The position numbers and the translations under genes were made by a program. Positions 47,116-58,300 of a stretch of 64,000 nucleotides of DNA are shown in pieces; the stretch's first letter is position 1; each line of letters begins with the position of its first letter. Origin of the DNA: Balanoglossus misakiensis (Eukaryota; Animalia; Hemichordata); assembly GCA_040954595.2 (NCBI GenBank), contig CM082583.2, forward strand, positions 404,542-468,541, written 5' to 3'. The notes below the pieces were generated by a model that had not been told where the DNA came from, ran no database searches, and saw nothing but the letters and a program-made list of their open reading frames with translations.

Positions 47116-50100
47116 TTATGGTGTAATACGTGTACTACTTTCCTCAAGCAAGCACAGTTTGCGAACATCTCTACGCAATCTTCCTGTTTCAGTCTTCACT
47201 AGGACCTGGCGCACATTGCCGTACTGATCTGGGTACGTTTGCTGAACTAGTCCTTTTGACCACTGTCCTCTTGGGATATTTTCCTCTACCACGATAACCA
47301 AATCTCCAACAGTCAGATTTCTCTTGGGCTTCAACCACTTCTGTCTCTGCTGAAGGGAAGGCAGGTATTCGTGTAGCCATCGTTTCCAAAACGAGTTCGC
47401 TATGAGATTAGCTTGGTTCCTTCTGTGATTAGCTGTACTGGTCGTGACAGTGTCTGCAGGAGATGTGCATGGATTCGGCCTCAGTAGTAACAGGCTATTA
47501 GGCGTCAGTGCTTCAAGGTCATTCGGGTCATCTGATTGACGGGTCAAAGGTCGATCATTGATAATCTTCTCCACCTCCGCCAAGACAGTAAGTAAAGTTT
47601 CGTCGTCAATTAGTTGGTTTCCAACGAGTGCTCGTAGGATTTTCCGCACTGAACGTATCATCCTTTCCCAAACTCCTCCAGTATGACTGGCTGCGGGTGC
47701 ATTGAAATACCATTGGATATCCCTCTTGCGTAGACTATCAGTTATCTTCTCTTGATTCCAACTCGCTAGAGCTTCTTTGATTTCAGTTTCCGCTCCCTGG
47801 AAATTTGTTCCGTTGTCACTGTATACCGTTTTTGGTGGACCACGTCTGCTGACAAATCTCCATACTGCCTGAATAAATGAATCTGTGGATAAACTGTGGG
47901 TGACTTCAATATGCACAGCTCGTATGGCGAGACAGGTGAATATACATCCGTATCGTTTGGACGTTCCTTTTCTCCACTTGACTTTCGGAGGACCAAAGAA
48001 GTCGATTCCCACTGCAGCAAATGCACTCTCACCTGGAGTAACTCTTGGGGTTGGAATTCTTCTGACAGTAGCTTGGCCTCTCAAAATCCAATATTCTTTT
48101 CGGATTCTGGATAACACATGGGTGGTTCCTACGTGACCTTCCTGCTCATGGAAAAACTGAACAATTAATTCGGTCACTTGATGATTATGGGGTAGAATAA
48201 TAGGATGTTTTGTGGTTTCATCTATGGGGGCGTTGTTTAGTCTTCCACCAACGTGTATAATGCCATCTTTGTAGATTGGACTGAGTCTGCAAAGTGGACT
48301 GGTATATCCTTCAGAATCTGGTTTTCTGCTTGGATTCTTCAACTGTGTTGATATTTCCTTAGGAAACGCTTTCCGTTGAACGACTCTAATGACTTCTAAG
48401 GTAGCATCGGACACTTCTGACACCGTTAGAGCACCAACCGGAACTTTACCATTTCCGCCATTCTCAATGCGAGCTCGGAGATACTTCTTGTATCGTAAAA
48501 TCCAAGCGACAGATTTGCAAAGTTTGTACCATGACGAAAATCTGTGAATTAACGAATGGATGATATCAGTGTCATCTGTCTGGTTGCTGTTTACCACTGC
48601 GCATACCTTTGCCATTTTCAATTCGTTGTCCTCATCCGATATTCTTGGTAAGTCGGTAGGTTGGGTTGGCCAGTTTCCTTCAGATTTCCAGAGAAATTCT
48701 GGACCTTCGAACCACAGTTTGGACTTCGCTTTGGCGGCTTTCAAGGTAATACCTCGGGAGGCACAATCAGCTGGATTGAGTTGTGAAGGAACATGATGCC
48801 ATTGTGACGGTAGTGTTGCATCGTGTATTAGTTGTAGGTGGTTGGCTACAAAGGTCTTGAAGCGTCTTGTTGAGCTGCAGATATATTGTATAACAATGGT
48901 AGAGTCTGTCCAGAATCGCTCTCGATGGATAGGAAATTGAAGTTCTTCTTTAATCTGTTTGCTGACTTTAACGGCCACTGTTGCTGCTGTCAATTCCAAT
49001 CTTGGTACTGTAATGGTCTTCAGTGGAGCAACTCTAGATTTGCCAGTCACGAGGCTGCAAGGAAAGTTACCACCTTTGTCAGTAAACCGTAGGTAGGAAA
49101 CAACCCCATATCCTTCCGTTGAAGCATCGCAGAAATGATGAATTTCTATAGATTGTGGCTGGCCAAAACCTGGAGGTGTGTAACACCGTGGAATTACCAT
49201 GGCTTTTAACATCGGTAACTTCTGTAACCATTCACGCCAAACAACTAGATATTTCACTGGTATGGCTTCATCCCATCCACATCCTTCTTTGCATAATTCT
49301 TGTAATAAGCGCTTAGCCGGCAATACAAATGGTGCAACAAATCCTAGTGGGTCGTACACAGATGCTACAACTGAGAGAATCCCTCTTCGAGTTTCACTTT
49401 TACTTTCCTTGCCAACTCTGAAGCTCATAGTATCTTCTTGAATGTCCCATTGTACACCAAGAGCTCTGTCAACTGGTAAGTCTTCCAGGTCTAAATTCAT
49501 CACAGATGGCGCCCTTTCTTCTGACGGGATGGAGGACAATACTTCTGTGCAATTAGAAATCCATTTGGTCAGATGAAATCCACCATTAGACAAAAGAGCT
49601 GAAACTTCAGTGATGAGTCTCTTGGCTGTGTCCACGGCAAGTACTGATTTTAAGAAATCATCCACGTAGAAATTTCTGTAGACAGCATCTATGATGTCCG
49701 AGTCGAAGTTACTTCTATTGTCATCAGCTGTTCTCCGGAGGGCGTATGCTGAACAACTAGGTGATGATGTCGCGCCAAACAAATGAACAAGCATTTGATG
49801 ATCGACGGGCTCCTTCGTGAGGTCACCGTTAGGCCACCATAGGAATCGCAGGACATCACAATCTTCGGGGTCGACATGAACTTGGTGAAACATTTGCTTG
49901 ATATCAGCAACCACTGCAACAGGATACTGACGGAACCGTAGCAAGACTCCAACCAAGGAATTGGTCAAATCCGGACCCTGCAGGAGTTGATCGTTCAGTG
50001 AAGTTCCTCCACATTTGGCAGCACAATCGAAGACGACTCTCACCTTTTCTGGTTTCATGGGATGCGTCACCGGATGATGAGGTAGGTACCATAACCGTCT

Positions 50101-52110
50101 ATCGTCTTCTTTGTTTTCATCAGATACTTCTTTTGCATGACCTTGTACAATATAGTCTTGTATAGTTGTACTGTACTTTTCATGGAGATCTGGATCTTTA
50201 AGTAGACGTCTTTTGAGTAGGTTGAGTCGTTTCTCAGCTACATGCCTGTTATTTGGTAAGGCTGGTTCTTCAAATTTCCAAGGTAGCTTCAACTGATAGT
50301 GGCCATTTTGTTGACGGACAGATCGATCCATTATCGCCTTTGCCCTTCGGTCTTCTAATGACATGCATTCTTTAGTATCCACTAGATTTTCGTTGAAGTC
50401 GGCATTGTACATCCTTTCCAATTGTGATGAAATGGACTCCATACCTTTGATAGAAGTATCACTGTCGATGATCTGGTCCATATTGATACAGTTGATTGAT
50501 GAGTTGGTTTCTTTCTTTCCTTTCATCGGCCCAATCAACGTCCATCCAAGTAATGTTCGGATTGCGTATGGTTGTTTTCTCCCGGCACGTCTTTCCTCCA
50601 GGACCCAGTGTGCTTCTGGAATGTCGTTACCGATCAGGATTGTGACTTCCTTGTTCTGCAATTCTGGTAATTCAACATCCTTCAGGTGAGACCATTCCTT
50701 CGTATCCTCTGCTGTTGGTATACTGTTTGCCGTTATGGGAAGTTTGTCCGTCGTCCATACCTTATCAAGATGAACACTTTGATTTCTATGTAGACCTCGT
50801 ACATCTAATTTAACTTCACGTCCATACTTCTTCGTTTCAGCATCGAGTGTGGAAAGTGTATATGTAATGGGTTGTCCACCCAAACCAAGTCTGTCTGCTA
50901 GAGATGAGAGACATATTGTTGTGTCTGAACCATTGTCCAGGAATGCATAAGTTTCAATCTCTGCTCCTCCCTCCACTCCACTTACTCGGACTGGTACAAC
51001 TTGTAGGCTGATACGTGGCTTGTTTGTCCTGGTTGCTTTACAATGAACGGTGTTACCGGCCCCATTGGTTACTTCAGAATTCCCGTCACTTTTCTCGTCT
51101 TTATTCTTCCCAAGACGTGTTGTGGGTGGAGCTGGTCTACCACTTCCACTGGGATACACTTCATTTGACGACTGGCTAGGATGTGACGATACTGGGTGTA
51201 GTAATGGGTGGTGAAGTCTTCCACAGTCAGTTACTGGACAAAACAATCCACTTTTGCAGTTTTTAGCGAAGTGTCGAGGGGTTGCTTCCAGACAACAATC
51301 ACAGAGGTTCTGTTTTCGCACAAACGTTTTCTTCTCCATGAACGACTTCCTGGCAAACTTCCGGCATCTCTGCAGTTGGTGTTGTCCTTGGCAGAAAAGA
51401 CATTTAATTTCTCTCTTGGATTGGCAGTAGGGTTTGTCTTGCGTCTTGCCGTACATTTCATGACTTACTTGTGTGGTCAAAGTAGTAGCCTTGGTGAATT
51501 GTTTGACCCTGGACTTTACGTCTCTCTCTGGTTCTGGTTTTGATCCAACCAACATCCCGAATCTTGTATTGGCCAAGGCTGCTCGCTTCTCCAAAAACGC
51601 TGTCAGATGGATGAATTCTGGTTCAATACCGGAGTAAATCATTCTTCCAGCTTCTTTTGCCCAATCTCCTTGTAGAAATGTAGGTAGGCGTCTCACTATC
51701 TTCTCCAATGTATCCATGGAGTTCAGATCAGCGGTGTATTTCATTTGGCTGGAACACATATGACAATTATTCATGTCACGTGCCAACTGTAGCAACTTTG
51801 ATGTGTCCGTGGCCTTGATCTGTGGTCCCTTGACGACTTTGTCTATGGTGGCATGGACGATCGTGTGTTTCTGGCCGAAATTCTGGTATAATATTTTCCT
51901 TGCTTCAGTGTAACCTTGTTCTGGAGGTAGAATCACACAGTTCTTGATTGCTTCTTTGGCTGGTCCAGTGCAGTATTGGATGAGATAAGCCAATCTAGTG
52001 CCATCATCGGTTGTTCCCTTTACAATGTTTATCTCAAAATTTCTGATGAACGTGGGGTACACTACTGGGTCACCATTAAACGATAGGAATTCCCGCTTCG
52101 GCAAATTCAA
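47116..52110 (-). CDS. BEL/Pao gag-pol (capsid-like region, three Cys/His knuckles, protease, RT, RNase H, integrase)
   Basis: CLFCQGQHQLQRC, CDCC..H..NC and CPVTDCGRLHHPLLH; AFLDNGSD; YLPHHPV, RVVFDC and FYVDD; FCDAS and RLELTAA; IDFFGP, SDNGTNF and GGVWER. Confidence 0.95.
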   Translation of the reverse strand: MNLPKREFLSFNGDPVVYPTFIRNFEINIVKGTTDDGTRLAYLIQYCTGPAKEAIKNCVILPPEQGYTEARKILYQNFGQKHTIVHATIDKVVKGPQIKATDTSKLLQLARDMNNCHMCSSQMKYTADLNSMDTLEKIVRRLPTFLQGDWAKEAGRMIYSGIEPEFIHLTAFLEKRAALANTRFGMLVGSKPEPERDVKSRVKQFTKATTLTTQVSHEMYGKTQDKPYCQSKREIKCLFCQGQHQLQRCRKFARKSFMEKKTFVRKQNLCDCCLEATPRHFAKNCKSGLFCPVTDCGRLHHPLLHPVSSHPSQSSNEVYPSGSGRPAPPTTRLGKNKDEKSDGNSEVTNGAGNTVHCKATRTNKPRISLQVVPVRVSGVEGGAEIETYAFLDNGSDTTICLSSLADRLGLGGQPITYTLSTLDAETKKYGREVKLDVRGLHRNQSVHLDKVWTTDKLPITANSIPTAEDTKEWSHLKDVELPELQNKEVTILIGNDIPEAHWVLEERRAGRKQPYAIRTLLGWTLIGPMKGKKETNSSINCINMDQIIDSDTSIKGMESISSQLERMYNADFNENLVDTKECMSLEDRRAKAIMDRSVRQQNGHYQLKLPWKFEEPALPNNRHVAEKRLNLLKRRLLKDPDLHEKYSTTIQDYIVQGHAKEVSDENKEDDRRLWYLPHHPVTHPMKPEKVRVVFDCAAKCGGTSLNDQLLQGPDLTNSLVGVLLRFRQYPVAVVADIKQMFHQVHVDPEDCDVLRFLWWPNGDLTKEPVDHQMLVHLFGATSSPSCSAYALRRTADDNRSNFDSDIIDAVYRNFYVDDFLKSVLAVDTAKRLITEVSALLSNGGFHLTKWISNCTEVLSSIPSEERAPSVMNLDLEDLPVDRALGVQWDIQEDTMSFRVGKESKSETRRGILSVVASVYDPLGFVAPFVLPAKRLLQELCKEGCGWDEAIPVKYLVVWREWLQKLPMLKAMVIPRCYTPPGFGQPQSIEIHHFCDASTEGYGVVSYLRFTDKGGNFPCSLVTGKSRVAPLKTITVPRLELTAATVAVKVSKQIKEELQFPIHRERFWTDSTIVIQYICSSTRRFKTFVANHLQLIHDATLPSQWHHVPSQLNPADCASRGITLKAAKAKSKLWFEGPEFLWKSEGNWPTQPTDLPRISDEDNELKMAKVCAVVNSNQTDDTDIIHSLIHRFSSWYKLCKSVAWILRYKKYLRARIENGGNGKVPVGALTVSEVSDATLEVIRVVQRKAFPKEISTQLKNPSRKPDSEGYTSPLCRLSPIYKDGIIHVGGRLNNAPIDETTKHPIILPHNHQVTELIVQFFHEQEGHVGTTHVLSRIRKEYWILRGQATVRRIPTPRVTPGESAFAAVGIDFFGPPKVKWRKGTSKRYGCIFTCLAIRAVHIEVTHSLSTDSFIQAVWRFVSRRGPPKTVYSDNGTNFQGAETEIKEALASWNQEKITDSLRKRDIQWYFNAPAASHTGGVWERMIRSVRKILRALVGNQLIDDETLLTVLAEVEKIINDRPLTRQSDDPNDLEALTPNSLLLLRPNPCTSPADTVTTSTANHRRNQANLIANSFWKRWLHEYLPSLQQRQKWLKPKRNLTVGDLVIVVEENIPRGQWSKGLVQQTYPDQYGNVRQVLVKTETGRLRRDVRKLCLLEESSTRITP

Positions 52111-52111
52111 A

Positions 52112-53293
52112 CTAGTTACAAGTGCTTGCGTGGCTTCTTATCATACTCTGTAGGATTTCGTGTTGCCCATCCCGCAATGGACTTGGTTCATTTCTATAAA
52201 GTTGTTCCCCAATATTGTGGTCCACGGGCTGCCATTCTGGTGCATTCGGATTTAATGCTGCCACATTGCCCTCCAACTGTTTCACATTTTCGGACAGCGG
52301 TCTGTCTTTAAGCAAAGTTGTTATTGTGTTGAACTGGGAAACTTCTACTGGGGGACCACTCGACAATACATGGGGGTGATAATCTTGAAAAGACTGGAAA
52401 TACCTGTCAATCTTCTCACTTGGACTGGTCATCTTTGCTTCACTTGTATCAACAGAATATTCTTCGGAATGAAACGAAGTTCCCTCTTCTGCTAATTCAG
52501 CCTCCATTTCAGCCTGTTTTAACTTCTGTTGAACGTCTAGAATCTTCAATGTTGACTGCATCTTTATTTCTTCTTCTCGAAGTCGCAGATCACGAAGCTT
52601 GGCTTTGGCTTCTTCTTCTTGCTGTATCTTTTCAAGTTCAAGCTGGGTTTCCAATATCTTCCTTCTTGCAATTCTTGAAGCTCGACTTGCCTTTGAACTC
52701 GATAAAGAACATATATTACTTGTCTGCCGGTTACCATTTCCATAAGACGTTTGACTATGTGATTTCTTTTTTACAGATTTTACCTGGTCCTTGGTAGAGT
52801 GACATGAATTTTTGGAAGCCGCTGAACCGTTGACATCATCCTCTTGTGAAGCTGGTGGCACTTCTGGCTCCAACCCACGTGACGGAGTTGTTATCGTGAT
52901 TCGATGAGACGAAATCCAGTTCTTCAGGCGTTGTTCCAGACACTCTTTTCTGTTAACTTCAGATTCGTGTTCAAGTCGTACACTTTCTTGTTCGGACCTT
53001 GAAAGATGTTTCTGATATTCATAACAAGTATTTGTATATGAAGTAAAAATCCTATCCAAGTCTTCTTTCTTTTTGGTAACTGCTTGGTAGTCAGGCGACG
53101 ACATTAACATGGTCTCTACATCCATGTAAATACGTGTCATATGGCCGCGGTAAGCGATAATTGATCTCCTTAATTTGGGAACTAAATTTTCTTCTCTTGT
53201 TGAGCTAGCTGTTTTTGATGAACTGCTACTCTTGACGGAGACAGGGCCTGGTGCTGCTGGAACGTGGAACATCTCGTCGTTTCCAGTTGCCAT
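52112..53293 (-). CDS. N-terminal part of the same BEL gag-pol, separated by a frameshift near 52139
   Basis: Ser-rich and coiled-coil gag N-terminus with the LNPNAPEW motif. Removing one A from ATG ATA A GAA GCC joins it to the downstream ORF (MIEATQALVTSLNLP). Confidence 0.85.
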   Translation of the reverse strand: MATGNDEMFHVPAAPGPVSVKSSSSSKTASSTREENLVPKLRRSIIAYRGHMTRIYMDVETMLMSSPDYQAVTKKKEDLDRIFTSYTNTCYEYQKHLSRSEQESVRLEHESEVNRKECLEQRLKNWISSHRITITTPSRGLEPEVPPASQEDDVNGSAASKNSCHSTKDQVKSVKKKSHSQTSYGNGNRQTSNICSLSSSKASRASRIARRKILETQLELEKIQQEEEAKAKLRDLRLREEEIKMQSTLKILDVQQKLKQAEMEAELAEEGTSFHSEEYSVDTSEAKMTSPSEKIDRYFQSFQDYHPHVLSSGPPVEVSQFNTITTLLKDRPLSENVKQLEGNVAALNPNAPEWQPVDHNIGEQLYRNEPSPLRDGQHEILQSMIRSHASTCN

Positions 53294-53359
53294 GACTTTC
53301 TAATGTATATGCTAGTACACGGTTACACCAGGTTTCAGTCCAACGTCATCTGAGAACTA

Positions 53360-54000
53360 TGTAGGATCCAATTCCTACTTGCATGGGCCCCTCGACACTC
53401 GTGTTGTATAAAAATTCTCCTTTTATTTTACTCTCTACGAGGAGCAAACTGTTCGGTGCATACAAAATAGACCGTGCACGACGTAATAACACGGTTCTAA
53501 TACTGGTATAACACTGGTATAACACGGGTACAACACGGTTATGTATAAACAAATACATAGGCGAAATAAATTCAAGTAAGTATTCAAAGGTAAATGTAAA
53601 ATGCCGATACAGAAGTTCAAACTCAATTACAAAGCAAATTCCAAAAATACAGCGTTTACAGGTAAGTAAATTCAAATCAATTCTATTCAATCGCTCAAAA
53701 TTAATGGTTTATAAATGAAGTAGTCTGCGTCCTGGATAGTCGCTGCTTCTGTTGAAAGACCGCTCTGTATCGCTAAATAAAACAGTCTTACCTCAGATGG
53801 TGACGCTTTTAGGGGCTCAAAAAGCATGCAGTGCAGTGGTCACAAACATGTAGCCTAGAAGGCCTGACGTGGCAAAATGAAAACTTGCACACTGGCGAGG
53901 TGCCAATTTATAGTGAAAAGGAAATTTGCATATTGGATAACCACTATGTGCATGTGCACCTGCACACACAGCCATCCAATCAGGGAGGACTGCACTTACA
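53360..54000 (-). repeat. 5' LTR of the BEL element (~640 bp)
   Basis: The minus strand begins TGTAAG at the satellite junction and ends CCTACA; TATAAA near 53910 and AATAAA near 53425. The inner boundary is inferred because no second LTR is present. Confidence 0.7.
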
Positions 54001-55316
54001 CCGGCTCTATATGACACAGACTGGCGTAAGTTATCAACGGTGATTACGTCGGATTTCCTACGGCCTGGTTTAGCTGAAGCTAAAGACGTTGGCTAATCGG
54101 GCAAACCGAAGAGGGAAAGTCACAGCGGGTCAACACTCGACATTTGTTCGGGTAGGACTGCATTATTGCCTGTCAATTTATAGAGAAAGCCCGAATTTTA
54201 CCAGGGCGTTTCAAACACCGACGTTAGTTGGGGGCACGGCCTGCAGTACTGCCGGGTAAGCTGACATCGGCGTACCGCATATAATGTAGGGGGGGGGGGG
54301 GAAACAGAACGGTTCAATACTACATTTATTAGATATCAGCTAATTTTGGACAATCATCTAAAATCTAAATCATTTTTTCATATTTGGATATCTGATGATG
54401 TATGAAATTTCCATCATATGTAAAAATGGTGCTGATTATAAAAAATGCACTCTGAATGAGCTGATTTAATACAAAATTGCGTTTTATTCGTTTTTGCACC
54501 AAAAAGGTCATTTTTAGGCAAAACATTCTTTATTTTTTTAATTCGGTGACCTCATCATATATAAACAATTGCTTGCATGTTAAAAGTTTTTATGACTTTT
54601 AAAAGCAGTGACACTGGCGGCATTCAACACGAAAATAACAATTTTAACCACAATTTGGTCAAAATGGTAAATTTTTGAAAATTACAAAAAATACCTGTTT
54701 TCTACATTTTCGGAAATCTGATGGAGTATAGAATGCTCTTCGTATATATATATCGATACCAATTCCACAAAAGACCGTCTAATTTGGCTCACTGCAGACA
54801 AAATTGCGTTTTACCAAATTTACCTTGAAAATGTCATTTTTAGAAAAAGAAAAAAAAAACACCTTTGTTCTTCGAATTTGGTGCCCTGATCATATATGAC
54901 ATGTTGATTGTATGTTAAAACTTTCGACCACTCCAAAAATGCAGAGATATTGACGGAATTCAAGAAAAAATAGCCATTTTGGCCATATTTTGACAAAAAT
55001 GGTAAATTTTTAAAAAATCATCAAAAAATAAACTCTTTTCTTCATTTTCGGAAATAGTATGGAGCATGAAGTGTCGTTCTCTTGTAAAAAGTGCTGCAAA
55101 TTCCAGAAAAGGCAGTATAATTTGAATCACCCAAGACAAAATTACCCTTTTCGACTTTTTTTCGAACAATTGTCTTTTTTACAAAATAAATAAGAATAAA
55201 TTCTTTTCTTAGTTTGAAACGGGTAGAGATACTTTCCACACGGGTTTTCTAACAATGAATTCCCGTTCATCAACTCAGATTTCCTACAGCATAAGTCGGC
55301 TAAAATCCTGACTATG

Positions 55317-58300
55317 AAATGGCTATTTTTTCTTGAATTCCGTCAATATCTCTGCATTTTTGGAGTGGTCGAAAGTTTTAACATACAATCAACATGTCAT
55401 ATATGATCAGGGCACCAAATTCGAAGAACGAAGGTTTTTTTATTTTATTTTTCTAAAAATGACATTTTCAAGGAAAATTTGGTAAAACGCAATTTTGTCT
55501 GCAGTGAGCCAAATTAGACGGTCTTTTGTGGAATTGGTATCGATATATATATACGAAGAGCATTCTATACTCCATCAGATTTCCGAAAATGTAGAAAACA
55601 GGTATTTTTTGTAATTTTCAAAAATTTACCATTTTGACCAAATTGTGGTTAAAATTGTTATTTTCGTGTTGAATGCCGCCAGTGTCACTGCTTTTAAAAG
55701 TCATACAAACTTTTAACATGCAAGCAATTGCTTATATATGATCAGGTCACCGAATTAAAAAAATAAAGAATGTTTGCCTAAAAATGACCTTTTTGGTGCA
55801 AAAACGAATAAAACGCAATTTTGTATTAAATCAGCTCATTCAGAGTGCATTTTTTATAATCAGCACCATTTTTACATATAATGGAAATTTCATACATCAT
55901 CAGATATCCAAATATGAAAAAATGATTTAGATTTTAGATGATTGTCCAAAATTAGCTGATATCTAATAAATGTAGTATTGAACCGTTCTGTCCCCCCCCC
56001 CCCTACATTATATGCGGTACGCCGATGTCAGCTTACCCGGCAGTACTGCAGGCCGTGCCCCCAAATAACGTCGGTGTTTGAAACGCCCTGGTTAAATTCG
56101 GGCTTTCTCTATAAATTGACAGGCAATAATGCAGTCCTACCCGAACAAATGTCGAGTGTTGACCCGCTGTGACTTTCCCTCTTCGGTTTGCCCGACTTAG
56201 CCAACGTCTTTGTACTAATGTGTCGGGTCTTTTGCAGAGCCAGGCCGAAGGAAATCCGACTTGATCACCGTTGCTAACGAACGCTAGTGTCTGTCATGGT
56301 GTGCCGGGGTTTTAGTCGAGCCAGGCCGTAGGAGATCTGACTTGATCATCGTGGTCAATGTACGCGTGTTTCCGCTCTAAAGTGCCGGGGCTTCAGCTAA
56401 ACCATGCCGTAGGAAATCTGGCGTAATCACCGTTGATAACTCACGCCAGTCTGTGTCATATAGAGCCGGTGCACCAGCCGAGTCACGCCGTAGGAAATCT
56501 GACTTGATCAACGTGGTCAATGTACGCCTGTTTCTGCTCTAAAGTGCCGGGGCTTCAGCTGAGCCAGGCCGTAGGAAACCCGACGTGATTACCGTTGTTA
56601 ACTTACGCCAGTCTGTGTCCTATATATAGTGCCGGGGCATCAGCCGTGCCAGGCCGAAGGAAATGTGAGTAGATCAACGTGGTCTCTGTACGCGTGTTTC
56701 TGCTCTAGAGTGTCAGGGCTTTAGCAAAGCCATGCCGTAGGAAATCTGACTTGATCAACATTGCTAACGAACGCTAGTGTCTGTCATAGTGTGCCGGGGT
56801 TTTAGTCGAGCCAAGCCGTAGGAGATCAGACTTGATCAACGTGGTCTCTGTACGCGTGTTTCTGCTCTAGAGTGCCGGGGCTTTATCCAACCCATGCCGT
56901 TGAAAATCTGACTTGATCACCGTTGCTAACGTACGCTAGTGTCTGTCATATTGTGACGAGATTTAGCCGAGCCAGGCCGTAGAAAAATCGACTTGTTCAA
57001 CGTTATCAGTGTGCAACTGTTTCTGCTCTAGAGTGTCAGGGTTTTAGCCGACTTATGCTGTAGGAAATCTGAGTTGATGAACGGGAATTCAATGTTAGAA
57101 AACCCGTGTAGAAAGTGTCTCTACCCGTTTGAAACTAAGAAAAGAATTTATTCTTATTTATTTTTTAAAAAAGACAATTTTTCGAAAACAAGTCGAAAAT
57201 GGTAATTTTGTCTTGGGTGATTCAAATTATACCACATTTTCTGGAATTTGCAGCACTTTTTACAAGAGAACGACACTTCATGCTCCATAATATTTCCGAA
57301 AATGAAGAAAAGAGTTTATTTTTTATGATTTTTTAAAAATGTACCATTTTGTCAAAATATGGCCAAAATGGCTATTTTTTCTTGAATTCCGTCAATATCT
57401 CTGCATTTTTGGAGTGGTGGAAAGTTTTAACATACAATCAACATGTCATATATGATCAGGGCACCAAATTCGAAGAACGAAGGTTTTTTTATTTTATTTT
57501 TCTAAAAATGACATTTTCAAGGAAAATTTGGTAAAACGCAATTTTGTCTGCAGTAAGCCAAATTAGACGGTCTTTTGTGGAATTTGTATCGATATATATA
57601 TACGAAGAGCATTCTATACTCCATCAGATTTCCGAAAATGTAGAAAACAGGTATTTTTTGTAATTTTCAAAAATTTACCATTTTGACCAAATTGTGGTTC
57701 AAATTGTTATTTTCGTGTTGAATGCCGCCAGTGTCACTGCTTTTAAAACTCATAAAAACTTTTAACATGCAAGCAATTGCTTATATATGATCAGGCCACC
57801 GAATTAAGAAAATAAAGAATGTTTTGCCTAAAAATGACCTTTTTGGTGCAAAAACGAATAAAACGCAATTTTTGTATTAAATCAGCTCATTCAGAGTGCA
57901 TTTTTTATAATCAGCACCATTTTTACATAAATTGGAAATTTCATACATCATCAGATATCCAAATATGAAAAAATGATTTAGATTTTAGATGATTGTCCAA
58001 AATTAGCTGATATCTAATAAATGTAGTATTGAACCGTTCTGTTCCCCACCCCCCCTACATTATATGCGGTACGCCGATGTCAGCTTACCCGGCAGTACTG
58101 CAGGCCGTGCCCCCAAATAACGTCGGTGTTTGAAACGCCCTGGTTAAATTCAGGCTTTCTCTATAAATTGACAGGCAATAATGCAGTCCTACCCGAACAA
58201 ATGTCGAGTGTTGACCCGCTGTGACTTTCCCTCTTCGGTTTGCCCGACTTAGCCAACGTCTCTGTACTAATGTGTCGGGTCTTTTGCAGAGCCAGGCCGA

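Larger units (their letters stand above)
47078..54000 (-). mobile_element. BEL/Pao LTR retrotransposon, 3'-truncated and defective
   Basis: 5' LTR plus gag-pol in BEL order (PR-RT-RH-IN). Satellite resumes ~38 bp after the stop codon, so there is no PPT, 3' LTR or TSD. Confidence 0.95.
9869..55312 (+). repeat. Complex macrosatellite, forward block (~1.7-2.1 kb units; interrupted by four TE insertions)
   Basis: Each unit is an array of 81-bp monomers (GATCAAGTCAGATTTCCTACGGC..CCCCGGCAC..), then ~210 bp ending TAATGTA(G)n, then a ~1 kb AT-rich segment. Landmark TTGGCTAAGTCGGGC recurs at 10441, 12336, 14386 etc.; recurring spurious ORFs are spaced 2051 and 1685 bp apart. Confidence 0.97.

Noticed and set aside
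47189-53690. Short ORFs overlapping the BEL gag-pol and LTR
   Set aside because: Shadow ORFs with no env-like or other recognisable features.
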